Assembly (NCBI GenBank): GCA_035221665.1
Contig: CM069152.1
Location: 13,950,001 to 14,014,000 of the forward strand
Length of the DNA: 64,000 bases
DNA from: Okamejei kenojei
Taxonomy: Eukaryota
Reading direction: 5' to 3'
Part shown: piece by piece, positions 27,701 through 38,873 of the stretch
Layout of the letters: every line of letters starts with the position of its first letter
Position numbering within the stretch: position 1 is the first letter of the stretch
Notes under the pieces: generated by a model
What the model was told of the DNA's origin: nothing
What the model saw: the letters and a program-made list of their open reading frames with translations, nothing else
Databases searched by the model: none
Program-made: the position numbers and the translations under genes

Positions 27701-30319
27701 TAAGACACTCCTACTTCCCACTGTCATTCCAATTGCCACTTCCACTCCCTTATGTCACTTGTTCCTCACTTTTCCTTCTGCATACTGGTACCTGTTCTCC
27801 TGCCGTCTTAGTCTAATGGTGGAAACACTCAAATTTGGCTAATGTTGACACTTGAGTCATGGAATTGGATGAAGGGAGAAATAGAGCACAGAACTGGGTT
27901 AAGGAGCTTGAGAGTACAGTGCCGGGTGAGAGGGCATAGCACTGGATTGTGACTTCAATAGGACAAAACAGCATAAGGCTTTGAATACAAAGAAATTAGG
28001 GAAATTAGCTACATTAATATCATTAGTAATGTAGAGAATGAATGCAGGAAGCTTTTACTGCCACGCTGATTTTCCTTCAGAGCCATGTTTTGTGGATGAT
28101 GGGGCACCAGTATCAGAACCTGCATGTTATCTTATTACCACTCTTCCCCATTGAATTGTGCATTTGAAATCTGTTTTTCTTCCATTAGGTTTGAATGGTG
28201 TTTCTGGAAGCATCTGGGATCATTTTGTTAGTGGTAATTTCTCTCCCAGTCCATCCCCTGTATTCAGTAGTAGTGCCACAACCACCACTGCTGGCTCTAG
28301 CAACAGTGAGCTCACCAGAGTGCGGAGAGAACTTGAGGAGGCAAAACGGAAGATCAAACAGTGGGAAGACTCTTGGCAGCAAGTGAAGCAGGTGCGTGTG
28401 AAGGGGGTAGACATGCTTTTCCAGATCTTTGGAATAAGTTCTTTAGAGCTCTCCTTCCAACCAGATAATGGATACATGCTGCAAATTACTAAGAAATAAG
28501 TCATGAGATTGCACATTTAGTAATGGATGTGTTTGATTTGCCTGAATGTTGGTAAGAGATTGTAGAAATGTTGTCAGTGGCAGGATGGCTCATACTTAAG
28601 AGAGGCTTGCATGGGCTTTATGTGAGTCCTAATGTCTTCTCATTCTAGCTTATCTGTTACGTTGTGATCATGTGTATGTGTGATGTTGCTATTACGTGAT
28701 TCCAATTACATGTAATTAACTAAAATTTGGTATCCTTTGTAACAAATCATGTAGCCAAAGGGCTATAACTGAACAGCTAAATGACAATAACTGAACAACC
28801 ATTCTCATTGATACCATTACACCAGAGATTTACTTTACATTAGTGTTTCTGCAAGTGTCTCACTGAGATCTTTGCATTGTTAGTGCTTTGCTTCAGCCAA
28901 TAATTCCATTAGTGAAATGTTGCTTCTTCAATCCCAGATTGAATGGAAAGATGATGAATTAGTGTTGGGCTGTGGATACAGCATTTCTCAAAAATACAGT
29001 TGCGCGACGTCACCAGTTTACTTTTGAGGATGAATTAAAGTTCATTAGAGTTGTGTTTTTTCTTCCTCTGTTTGTTTTATGACATTGTTTCTCTAATCAG
29101 GCATGTGATGCATGGCAAAAGGAAGCTCAGGAAGCCAAAGAAAGGGCGAAAGTGGCTGATACCGACCGGCAAGTAGTAATACAACAGAAGGAAGAAGTGG
29201 ATAAACAACTAAAAAAGCTTCAAGAGGATTTCGATGCTTTATGTCATTCTCCAAACTTTCCCCTTCTTAGAAACTATGGGGACATAGACAAGCTTCCTTT
29301 ACCTAAGCTTCATTCTATACAAAGCCAATTACGTGCTGATTTGGACCTTGTAGATGGGGTGAGTTGGAACTTGTATTTAGCTTGTAGAAAATAAAGCCGT
29401 AAAGTATATACGCCTTAAAAAAAAAAACCCATACTGCACTCATCATTCTAACTTTGAAAGTACGTTACTTTATTTACCAAACTAAGAATTCGGGATCCAA
29501 AGTATGACTGATTCTTTATGTAGCAGGAAACCATCAGTTTAATCTGGGATTAATTAGCTGATTTCATGTCAATATATCACTACTGGGACAGAAGAGAACA
29601 CATGGAGTCCTCACTCCATATTGCTATACAATTGTTGGAAGTGTGTGTTTGATTTGCATGCATGCATGCATATGTGATTTGTCGTGGATTGAATAATGCA
29701 ACCTTGGCAGTGAAGAAATAACCAATGAATGCTGTCTTAAGGACTGCACCACAGTGAGAGTTAGCAACCTGTGTGGAGTAAGGCAGTGATAATATCCTGC
29801 ATTAGACCAAAACCTTGTAATTAGTTACTCATCTTTTCCCTTGTGCTCAGAAAGTGGAACCTGAACAATGAAGCATTTTATTTTGGGTACCATCAACTGA
29901 AAATCAGACATGTTATTTGACCAGACCTTCAGGCCTTCGGGTTCCATTAATAGTAGGACTGTGATAGCTTGCTGGAAGTTGAGGGGATGGGGTTAATAGA
30001 TATTGAACTTGTAATGAACAAGAATATTTATTGCATCTTAAATGCAGGGTGAAACAAAAGTTTTGATCTATTTTTTACAAGCTTAAAAAACTATGTAGAA
30101 TGTTATAAGCTTGGCAAAGAAATTGCAATAATCAAATCACAATTTATTTTTCATTCAATACAGGTAATATATCAGCTCCAGTCGAAGAAATGCATTGTAT
30201 GCCAGGAACGTGACCGTTCTATATTACTCCAGCCTTGCCAGCATTATGTCCTCTGTGAGCACTGTGCACCTAACAAAATTGAATGTCCCTATTGTAAAAC
30301 TAAAGTAATGAACTGGTGA
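397..30319 (+). CDS. UNKL: Unkempt-like zinc finger/RING protein (E3 ligase, RNA-binding), 5'-partial; join(397..514,3888..3972,5558..5739,7111..7299,9570..9635,11348..11513,22736..22828,23409..23621,28189..28391,29101..29358,30164..30319)
   Basis: Spliced translation gives CCCH fingers (STPCPNVKHGDEWGEP...CQYCHSRTEQQFHPEIYKSTKCNDMRQTGYCPRGPFCAFAH), GSALDLHF, GSIWDHFVSGNFSPSPSP, coiled coil ELEEAKRKIKQWEDSWQQVKQACDAWQKEA and a C-terminal RING ending W-stop. All introns are GT-AG with matching phases. Position next to GNPTG-TSR3 supports UNKL rather than the paralog UNK. Confidence 0.95.
2385..3290 (-). mobile_element. Degenerate CR1 3' fragment interrupted by a Penelope-tail element (about 2710-2875)
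   Basis: CR1-like text (ccagaactgctcacaaaactccaaatgcggtcta) and internal gatgctgcctgacccgctgaattactctagc tail. Confidence 0.6.
3392..3840 (-). mobile_element. Rex1/Babar-type LINE 3' fragment
   Basis: LQRVVKAAQHI...HSIIKDYSHPARRLFSLLPSARRYKSMAARTTRLKNSLYHQA; AATAAA and short-repeat tail near 3392-3412. Confidence 0.85.
3888..3972 (+). CDS. UNKL: UNKL coding exon (last CCCH zinc finger)
   Basis: tctttag|ATC TAC AAA...GTT GAA C|gtaagt; IYKSTKCNDMRQTGYCPRGPFCAFAHVE. Confidence 0.95.
5558..5739 (+). CDS. UNKL: UNKL coding exon (disordered region)
   Basis: cttgtag|GG ATA CCC...GGA AAT|gtgaga; phase 1 to 0, open frame ending SLGSTNEWSTSINPTSNNGQIGN. Confidence 0.85.
7111..7299 (+). CDS. UNKL: UNKL coding exon (Ser-rich, KAPGFERED motif)
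   Basis: atccag|GTT TCA...GAT CAG|gtaact; 63 codons ending YPKAPGFEREDQ, an Unkempt-family motif. Confidence 0.9.
9570..9635 (+). CDS. UNKL: UNKL small coding exon
   Basis: tcgcag|GCA AAG CAA...AAA CAG|gtgagt; AKQHKSQTLENNQKLNEHDSKQ, phase 0-0; too short for the ORF track. Confidence 0.85.
11348..11513 (+). CDS. UNKL: UNKL coding exon
   Basis: ttgcag|AAT CTT...GTA ATT G|gtaagt; NLLNVFSVVNPLASSITSSLASSIGSDTSSPSTLSTMNAKAVPFYPASNTVESVI. Confidence 0.93.
11690..13110 (-). mobile_element. Degenerate CR1 LINE fragments
   Basis: Frameshifted RT motifs VIYMDFSKPFD, VTSGVPQGSVLG, FVDDTKVGG. Confidence 0.85.
14047..14776 (-). mobile_element. GC-rich non-autonomous retroelement with LINE-like (ATGATT)n tail
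   Basis: Minus-strand 3' end AATAAAGTATGATTATGAT; CpG-rich body; ORFs show no recognisable protein. Confidence 0.55.
15340..16530 (+). mobile_element. Probable non-autonomous Helitron/Helentron-like element
   Basis: CpG-rich body with G runs; subterminal hairpin TTTTCGCGGAGAAA followed by CACAC...TTTTAAAAGTATATAGAT; family assignment is by resemblance only. Confidence 0.4.
16889..17077. mobile_element. Short fold-back element made of inverted Penelope tails, nested in a CR1 fragment
   Basis: Inverted arms around AAGAAGGGTCTCGACCCGAAACGTC; 14-bp TSD CCTTGAAATACAGT at 16875-16888 and 17078-17091. Confidence 0.85.
18427..19270 (+). mobile_element. Probable Helitron-like element with C/T-rich low-complexity core (18690-19005)
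   Basis: Starts ACTAGACC...GGACCCGTTGGGCC; internal short repeats cccgttgtgacg; long pyrimidine tract. Confidence 0.4.
19720..20112 (+). mobile_element. Old chondrichthyan SINE remnant (SacSINE1-like)
   Basis: ttcaaatctc B-box remnant, gatgtccttcagggaaagagatcttccatcctcacc core, A-rich end; identified by resemblance only. Confidence 0.45.
20411..21661 (-). mobile_element. Penelope-like retroelement, 5'-truncated (RT C-terminus, GIY-YIG endonuclease, 3' tail)
   Basis: Minus ORF: YKPTDSHSYLDYSSSHPASCKDSIPYSQFLRLRRICS...[30 protein letters not shown]...GLNIEF; flanked by ATCTGTGAA at 20390-20398 and 21662-21670. Confidence 0.93.
21673..21758. repeat. (CA)n microsatellite
   Basis: Perfect CA run of 86 nt. 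Confidence 0.98.
21874..22002. other. Assembly gap (129 N)
   Basis: Run of N. Confidence 1.
22736..22828 (+). CDS. UNKL: UNKL coding exon
   Basis: ccttag|GT TCT GCA TTA GAT...AAA G|gtaatc; GSALDLHFGDVNVASLDKELEDQDTSDIGLK. Confidence 0.93.
22860..23215 (-). mobile_element. Degenerate CR1 RT fragment
   Basis: Decayed reverse-complement RT text (ggtcccagtacagatccgtgcagaatcccactggtc; gggaccttatcaagcgccttactaaaaatcca). Confidence 0.65.
23409..23621 (+). CDS. UNKL: UNKL coding exon
   Basis: tcacag|GT CAG AGA...TTG G|gtaagt; QRLLGSSAPVNIPGSLARSSSLHSSSS...SHSSL. Confidence 0.93.
24324..25655 (-). mobile_element. Young 5'-truncated CR1-type LINE (ORF2 reverse transcriptase and 3'UTR)
   Basis: 354-aa ORF with QHGFTKGKSCLTNL, LDFQKAFDKVPH, GVPQG, FADDTKL, VRPHLEYCVQFW; 3' (TTTCTATG)n tail at 24324-24342. 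Confidence 0.95.
25799..25991. mobile_element. Older fold-back Penelope-tail element
   Basis: 11-bp TSD ATTCCAGGATC at 25788-25798 and 25992-26002; decayed inverted arms. Confidence 0.65.
28189..28391 (+). CDS. UNKL: UNKL coding exon
   Basis: cattag|GT TTG AAT...AAG CAG|gtgcgt; LNGVSGSIWDHFVSGNFSPSPSP...WEDSWQQVKQ. Confidence 0.95.
29101..29358 (+). CDS. UNKL: UNKL coding exon (coiled coil)
   Basis: aatcag|GCA TGT GAT GCA TGG...GAT GGG|gtgagt; ACDAWQKEAQEAKERAKVAD...LPKLHSIQSQLRADLDLVDG. Confidence 0.95.
30164..30319 (+). CDS. UNKL: UNKL last coding exon (RING finger, stop)
   Basis: atacag|GTA ATA TAT...TGG TGA; VIYQLQSKKCIVCQERDRSILLQPCQHYVLCEHCAPNKIECPYCKTKVMNW*. Confidence 0.95.
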   Translation, partial: VIYQLQSKKCIVCQERDRSILLQPCQHYVLCEHCAPNKIECPYCKTKVMNW

Positions 30320-31540
30320 TGAATATATTCCAGGTACATGGAACTAGCCTTTTGAAGAACGACTACACTATTCTAACAAATCAAAGCTGTAGTGCCCCCC
30401 TTCATATTGGAAATATTTAAAATTACGCAGTGAGTACATCCTACCCTACAAAATACAGCATTTGTTTCTGTATTTATTTACTAATTATTTTAATACATAT
30501 AAACTCTTCTTTCCCTGGGAAAACTTGCAATATGCATCTTGGTAACCCAGTTAATCACAGTAACTCATTTGGTCTTTTCTTGAGCACGTTTAGCTATACA
30601 GTTTGCTTTAGTCTGACTGACGTGCTTTTTAGACTGTTGCTGCATTTCCATCACTTCTGAGTTTACAACTGGACCCTTACCGCATGCATTCAGAAAGAAA
30701 AATTGAAGTAAACTCTAGGCACTTCAGATATCAAGTTCTAGTGTAGGATCGACTTGCTGTGTGTTTCCAATGAATACTGCATGCACAGCACTGCAGCTTT
30801 AGCATTTTTATGTTCTAGTATTTTACATATAAAAATTTTTAAAGAAAAAAAAGACTAGGTTATGTGAAGAGGTTTAATTTCCTGTAAAGCACTTTGTTAA
30901 CCTGGGTTTTTTTTCCGTTTAGAGGTTATAATAAATTGCTTTCAAGCTGCTTTGTAGTTTTTTTCAAAATATGTGATGATATAAAGCTTTGTATGTGTAC
31001 TGTGAAAACTATTAATAGGTATTTGGTATTCCAATTCTTACTGTTAAATCATAGTAAAGTGGACATTGTTAGATTTCCTATTCTAATTAAGTACAATTAT
31101 AAATATTAGTATTGTGCAACTTGCTAGGATTTTTACATTTTTCAATTTATAAATTAAATGCAAACTTTTAATGCTTAAAAGGATAACCAGCAGCAATTTC
31201 ATACAGGCACATATGCTAAACTAAGCAAACAAATAGTCTGAAGAGAAGTTTGCTATTTTATATAATAAAATGAACCAGTCTTTTTTTTCCTCCAAAGTGA
31301 GCTGTGTTGACCAGCTTGTGGTTGGAGATTTTGTAGCTAGCATCATGAAAGTTTTTTTATGAGTTTTGTTTCTTCTTTGTTGGTGCAACTCCTAGCCTTG
31401 TAAGTATTTTAAATGGTTATCTAATTTCTGGCCACTGTTACCAAGTGCCTTCTGCCTTGCCTAAATCTAAATTGCAATGACAACTTTTGTCAGACAGGCA
31501 AAGGTACTTTGATGTGAGATCTTTGCACTGATTATATATG

Positions 31541-31543
<3 letters not shown>

Positions 31544-31615
<72 letters not shown>
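31544..31615. repeat. (CA)n microsatellite in the putative UNKL 3'UTR
   Basis: Perfect AC run of 72 nt. Confidence 0.98.
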
Positions 31616-31617
<2 letters not shown>

Positions 31618-32472
31618 ATATTTAAATATATAATTAATGCGAAACTACAGACCAGCTTTCTCTTAACCGAAAAGAGGTAAGGTGCATAAAATTCAGGATG
31701 AAACCATACTGATAGTGGATGTTTTGAAATTTCCACCACTTCTTTGTGAATTTTGAGTACTTGTTACTGGGGGGCTAAGACATGTCCTCTCCTTTACATT
31801 GGTCACTTGATTGAGCAGCATTGTTTGTACGTTATAATTAAGAATGAAAAAACTGACCTATTACTGTGTTGATTTAAATTATTTGTCGTCACTTCTTGTC
31901 ATTCTGTATTAGAAGTCCATTGATAATATTGCCAACAAAGTGTTGAAATGCTGATCAGCGATGTTCACAGAAACTAGTGTAGTTGAGTGAATGGATCATG
32001 AAATGCCGTCATTCATGAATTATGTACAGATCTCTGTATTTTTTAAATTTGGTTTGCATTGCGACGTAGTATTGCTAAGCGCAAATGGAGAGAAGCCCTG
32101 GTCCTTGCTGGAATATCCTTGCAACGTAACCTAGGGAGTGCCATAAAAAATGTATAATGTCCAGTTCTGAGTAGAAGCGAATGGTTATTGTGTTGAAAAT
32201 TAATGTCACAACCAATCTTATTTAAACTTGCACCAGATCAGCTTGCTGGCTTAAAATAAATTCCAACTAAGGCAGGAGCTGAAAACAATTTTTAATAATG
32301 TTAACAGTAACATGTAATCAACACAATTTTAATTCTCATTTGTCTATTATATAACTATGGCTTTATGCAAAAATCTTTAATTTCTATGAATATCAATTGT
32401 ATTTTAAATATTGAATTAACATACCGAAGGGAAAAAAACCTTAAAAGCAGTCAGAATTAATTATTTAAATGT

Positions 32473-32991
32473 AAAACAAAGAACTGAAGATGCTGGCTTA
32501 TACAAAAGATAGACACAAAGTGCTGGAATAACTCCGCTGGTCAAGCAGCATCTCTGGAATAAAAGAATGGGTGACGTTTCGGATTGATGCCCTTCTTCAG
32601 ACTATGGAACTGATTAGAGAATTCAGCGTTCATACCTCTGGGTTTTCGGCTGTTCAAGCAAATTTTGCTTGTAGCTTACAACCCAGTGGTATGAAAGTTG
32701 AATTCTCTCATTTTAAGTAACTTCTACCTTCACTCCCCCTTCCTCCACCCTAGTTGTTTAACCAGTTCAACGGTTCACCAGATTGTATCCCTCTTGAGAT
32801 CACGCCTTCCCTGGCCAACAGTGGCCTACCAGGCACCACCCTGCTTGAGATCATTTGTGGCCGACTTCCAGTTCTTCATCACCCCACCCCCTAGTTTCAT
32901 TCTGAAGAAGGCTCCGACCCAAAACATCACCCATTCCTTTTCTCCAGAGACGCTGCCTGACCGCTGAGTTACTCCAACACTTTGTGTCATC
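32473..32991. mobile_element. Fold-back Penelope-tail element in the putative UNKL 3'UTR
   Basis: Inverted tails at both ends, internal head-to-head ORF-end remnants (SLQPSGMKVEF); 16-bp TSD TTAATTATTTAAATGT at 32457-32472 and 32992-33007. Confidence 0.85.
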
Positions 32992-35900
32992 TTAATTATT
33001 TAAATGTTCCTTTTTGGATTTAAGTTTATGATTCTCTTTCAAGGGTGGGTATATTGTTAATAATCTAGTGACCTAACTCTGTATAGTACTTTGAACTAAA
33101 TGCAGTGGTTCAAAACCAACCTCATAGCACATGAAACACACTCCCATTAACTTTTCAATGCATTTATAAGTATGCAGTAAACCAAGCAAATTGTGCTCTA
33201 GTACACTAGATTTGGAGACTGTTTTCATTGTGTCAATTCGGGTCTGAATTTCTATCCCTGAACAAATGTTGTATGCACATAAATGTTAACGTTGGAACTA
33301 ATGGGAAATGCATCTCAGGTAATAAAAATTTACCATGTGAAATTCATTTAAAATCCCCATCTACCTAGACCTCAACCCCTCTACAAGCTCTAGAAGACAG
33401 GTATTGGCTATTGCTGGGCTATGTGCACAAACCGAACAAGCACTTGGCACTTTGGTGAAGTGTTATAATGGACTTCTGGATCACACATAGTCTTTGCCAA
33501 AGAACTTTTCTGTATAGCAATTTATTATCTGTAGTTTTAACATGTATATACTAAACGGTAGCTCGTTCTAGGCAGAATTGCTGAAACAGTGACCAAAATT
33601 AGAAATTTTAATTCTGTATCGTGTTATCAATAAGGGAAAAAATATTCCACTTTTTGTATAAAAATGAAGCTTATCACATGAAATGCTCTTTGATCACAGA
33701 CTGCTAACATTTCTTTAAAAAGAATGTAGATTGTGTGGAGTCCTGCGAATACAAGTTGTATTTGGGGAAATATAGCAACTTCACAGAAGCAGTTCAGAAT
33801 TTGACGTTTACTTTCAACTATTCAAGATTATTGTGAAGAAAAATTTTGCTTGGTATTTTTTTTTTCCAAAACAAATAGTGGCCATATGCATCCATGCTTA
33901 ATTAAATTGCCTATAAGAATTTTGTAGGCTTTTTGTATTGATACATGTTAATGGTTAAGCCTATTACATATTAATGCTTGCGCTATACTGTTGGCATTCA
34001 TGAGGAACTATGTAACTAAACTTGTTCATTACTGCATGAACTGTACTCTGCCATCATTGCAATGAGAAAACAATGATTTTGAAAAACAAACCCCATTTAT
34101 TTTCACTTTGTGGCTGGATATCCACCATTGATGATGCGTAGTGTCCATTGCATATTTGAATTCACTCACTTTTGACAAACATAACAATTGGGCCAGGATC
34201 TAGTCAGTGAAAGGCAACATGAGAGCTAATATAAATCAGTATTAAGAATTAATGTCACGTTAGAATAAGATTATAAATTAAGTCTAAAATTGAGACGCCA
34301 ATTTCTTAATGGCCTTCTCAAAATACATCCATTAGCTGCCTTTGCCAAAGACCAGTAAAGATAACAGGAATGCCAGACTACTTGGTTTTATTGTTTTCGC
34401 CCTCCGTCACTTCAATCTTGTAGGTCAATTTTGCCACAGATGACAATGTTATGCATAAAGCCCAATAGATTTGCTTAAAATTCCTAAAGTGGAATGTTTT
34501 GCAAACCTATGTTTCAAAGTTATGTCAACAGCCTGAACTTGCACTATCACCCAGATGCTGTACACATTTTCATGAGATAATAGTCTGTTCTAGTTGAATT
34601 CTTGTCCGACCAGCTATCGATGTCAAATCTAACTTTGCATTTTCTATTCTTTGCATCCATGATAGATTTGTACCAAAGCTTGTGCATTACTGCAGCAATG
34701 AACAGTTTAATCACATTCTAAATCTGCAGAGCACAGGGGATCAACCAAGCAGAATTCATTTCTATATCCGTTTCTTTCTTCCTAATCCCTGTCAAAGCTA
34801 TAAATGACAAAATACTTTACAATATTTCGAATCAAAGGAGATGTATTCAGCAGAAACAAAATAGTGTGGAGGTGTTGGTCCTAAAAGTGCCCATTCGTCC
34901 ATTGTTTCTACCCCCCCCCCCCCCCCCCCCCCCCATTTATTCTCTGCAAGAAAGGGACTAAATTGGGGCAGGGAGCTGGACAGATCCATTAGGTTTGGGA
35001 GATATCAAGTGATCTGGGACGGTGAAAGAGTATAAACTACTGCCTCACAACACCAGCTGATCACTTGCCCTATTGGCAACCCCACTACTTAGCACTATTG
35101 TAACTTCTGTGTAAGTGAGAACCCAATGACTTCCCATTCAAGCAAAATTGGAAATCCAAAGTTACATTTGCAAACCATTTAATCAGAAACATGAAACTTT
35201 GGAACACAAATAATGCAGTGAACTAGTGTTCAAGTCTTTTTCTTAGCTCCTTGTTGATAGCGAAACGTAATTGTACATACTAAATGTAAATTTTATTTTG
35301 CCTGCACACTCTATACTAGATTTTAAATGTGAGGTATGCACAGAAATAACCCATGGAATAAATGGTTTGCATTAATGGTGCCAAATTGATAGGGAAGTGT
35401 AAATGATCAACAAAGAGCATTTAGAAACTAACTTAGTGCCAAAAATGCCTTAAGAGCCACTCAACCATTTAATGCCGAATTAAGGTGCCCCCATCCCTAA
35501 GAAACCAATTATATTTTAAAAAATTGTCCCAACAATGTCACAATATTTTGAATTAAAAAAATATCTGAATGTTGTCTGCTGTCCTCTATATTGAATGGAC
35601 TTAAGTAGAATTTTAGGTTCAGTCATTCAAGACCAGGAAGGTGGTACAGTTGCATGCAGTGTGGTAACAAACGAATTGCTGAAATTCCCATAGTGAGTAG
35701 CTTGTCATTTGTTGTACAACGGTTGAAATTAATCTGTCCCAGGCATGTGAAGTCACTGAATGTGTGTTGGTATACAAACATATTTCCCCATAAAACGGTT
35801 AACTGTAGTGTGCAATGTTTCCAAAATAAATTAGCATTCTGAACCAGCATGACATATTTCAAGAGTTGTGAAGTGCAAGGATATGTACCAAATGCTTGGA

Positions 35901-38873
35901 AGGTAGGATCAGGTGAGGTCACACTTTACAATTACCACAATCATGATGGGCTGAATTACCAACTATTTAACAATTGTTTTAAAATTATAACAATCTACGA
36001 TTATATTTAGTGCAGTGGGATCTCGGATGGTTGATGTGATTTACCGGTTGTATTTCTTCAAGCGGGCTAATTTAGTTTTATTGAGACATGAAGGGTAAAG
36101 TTAATTCCCAATTATATTCCATGCCATTGGCTTTATTTGATACTTCTCTTTCCTCTTTGTACTTGGACCTTTTGCTACTGGTTAATTGTCTGTTAAGAGG
36201 ATGAGATTAGTGTTGTTCCTTCACATTGATTACATCCCTTGTAGAATTCATTAGCTGTGCTCACAGACTTTCCTGTCAGCCCCCAGCACAAGTGCTGCAA
36301 TTCAGTATGTGAATATGCTTGTATCCTCCTTATGAGTGATATGCTTTGTTGCTCCTCAGTAATTGTGTTTTAAGGCTCACATTGTAATACATGCTTCAGT
36401 ACAGAAATAACTTGCTGCCATTCAATAAAAGTATTACATTCTGTGGCTGTTGCAGTAATAATAACTATTTTCTGCAGGGTTTATAAAATGAGTTAAATTG
36501 TTATATCTAATCAAGAATACAAATTTTAATGTGCTCGGCTTTGATTTATACAAAAAGAAATTATTATGGACAAGAATAGTGAATCAGTAATAAATAGTGA
36601 ACATTTTAATTTTGTATTACTTTACCTTAGTATTTTTAATTTTTAACTGCCAGAATTTTTCATTGAAAGAAATTGTATTTGGTGTATGATAGCCCATAAT
36701 TGTCATATGGCAGATGTGGTGAGATGGCCAATGACAGAGTCTGAGACTAGCCATCTTGGACCTGACAGTAATAATTCCATTGAAGTAAATGTATGGAGTA
36801 AAAGTGATTTCAGTCTTAAGATAATAATTTTACAGCAAAATTTTAATTTCTGAATGGGATTAGTTTCTATGTGAACACACTTTCAGAATCTTTATATGCA
36901 AGTTCCTCAGCCTGGGAAGAGCAACGAAATGGGAGGGGGAAAACTCATTTTCTCAGGGTATAAGGAACAATCTGTAAACCATTCTGTAGCTGTCAGGCTG
37001 CAATTTTAGATCTGTTTATTTTGTAAGCTCTTTGAATGGGAATAATATGCCATGGGTAACAGGCTGTTAGAAAAATCCAGCAAGTGGGTAGTTGTGCTAG
37101 TTTTTGTGCACATCACCACTTAATAGAAAATGAAATACCCAATTAGCCCCTTCCATTTTTACCCCAATCATAAATAATTGTATATGTCTCTTGCAGCATT
37201 TTTGTTTAAATCAAGAGGGCATACAAGACTGACCAGTCTTGAACTTCTTTACACGGGTAGCATACAGCTAAACCAGTGAATAGTTACTTTGTATCTGTAC
37301 AAATAATTAATTCAGCCATCGTGTTCTCCTGGAATTTTGACATTCGAGAAAATCGTAAGGTGCAAGAATTCAGTGACATTACTGGCAAAAATGTAGTAAC
37401 ATATCCCTGACTCTGTGATTTATGTATTGATGTGGAATAGCTCATATCTTAACTAGTGTCTAAATATTGTCTTGGTATATTAATTTTTGTGGTCAAAGCA
37501 AGACCTTAATTGAATATTATGGGAATTTTTTTTCATTTTGTGTATTAATTTATGGAAGCCTGTTGTATGCGGTCTAGGTGAGTGTACACAAACAATGGCG
37601 ATCTGAATGGAATGTTCTTATATAAGGTATTTATAAATGCATAATCATTTTACTCTAGTTCATTGTTTAAATTGTTAACACTTGTTAAGATTTTTACACT
37701 ATAGCATTTATGCAGTGGTTTACAGAATTCATGGAATTATTTTTATTATCAATATGAGAATTAAAATAATTTTTGATCCTCAAATTGCTATTATCTTGTC
37801 TTCTGGACTCCTTTTATTCTTAAGATTTTTAAACAAGAAATAGATTCCGTGCGACTTCATCCTGTTTCACTCGTTTTATCCAACTGTCTGTGTTCTGCGC
37901 TGAAATTTGGGGTTCACTTGGCTGCTATTTCTTGTGAGTGGGTCATTGAGTACCTTATCCCCTCTTCACTAATGCAGAGCCGAACTTACTTAAAACATTT
38001 AAGTGATCTGGTATGGTTAAAGACAAAATAAGTTTGGTTGGCTATTCTGATACATCGATTCTATTCTGAGGGGGAGGGAATGACCTTTACAAGTTTCCTT
38101 TAAGTCAAATTCCTCAATTTGAGGGGACTGCAAGTATGAAACTTCTATGAAGAACTGTGTAGTTCTATGCACTTATAACTCAATATGTAATCACCTTGGT
38201 GTATCCAATAAACTCCTTTCATTGTGGTCCCTTCAGCAAACTGGGGTTAGCCATTGACAACTAAACTAGGGACTGGTATAATTACATGATGCCTTTTTGT
38301 ATATTTTTCACTGCTGATCTATATAGGCAGATAGGAGCTTTTCAATGTAGTAGTTCAATCTACTAAACCAGGTTGGAGGTGATAGCAGCTTCCAAAAGAA
38401 AGTTAAATAGTTGGGGGGTTTTTCAATGTCACATCAATGTTGGTAGCACCATGTTCTGCACTCTGGGGTTAAGATGATAGCATACGTATAAAAATGGTTG
38501 GGTGTTTTTCACCCCCTGGTAGATCTTCAGTCTGGAGTTGCAGATTAAGATCGCATCAGTGGTTCATTCTCCCATGCAGTAGAAACCATTCATTTGGCAG
38601 TAGCACACCATACTGACTTTGTTCCGCGAAGTAAGTAGATGCACTGGTACATGTAGCACAAGAGCGAATACTGAAAATTCTCCAACATCCTATAAAAATG
38701 CTTTTTATGCCAATCATACAGCATGGAAACGGGCCTTTCAGTTCTGGTACATGCTTACCATTATCCGTCATAGCTTGGTTTATGTGGCCCACATCCCTCT
38801 AAACTTTCCTATCCACCTACTTGTCCAACAAACTTTTAAGTATATATTATTATACCTGCCTCAACTACTTTCT

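Larger units (their letters stand above)
30320..37790 (+). other. UNKL: Putative long UNKL 3'UTR (end uncertain)
   Basis: AT-rich, nearly repeat-free stretch after the stop codon. Several polyA signals: AATAAA near 30930, 33321, 35825, 36424 and ATTAAA at 37760. miR-17-family seed match GCACTTT near 30889. The extent is inferred. Confidence 0.45.
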
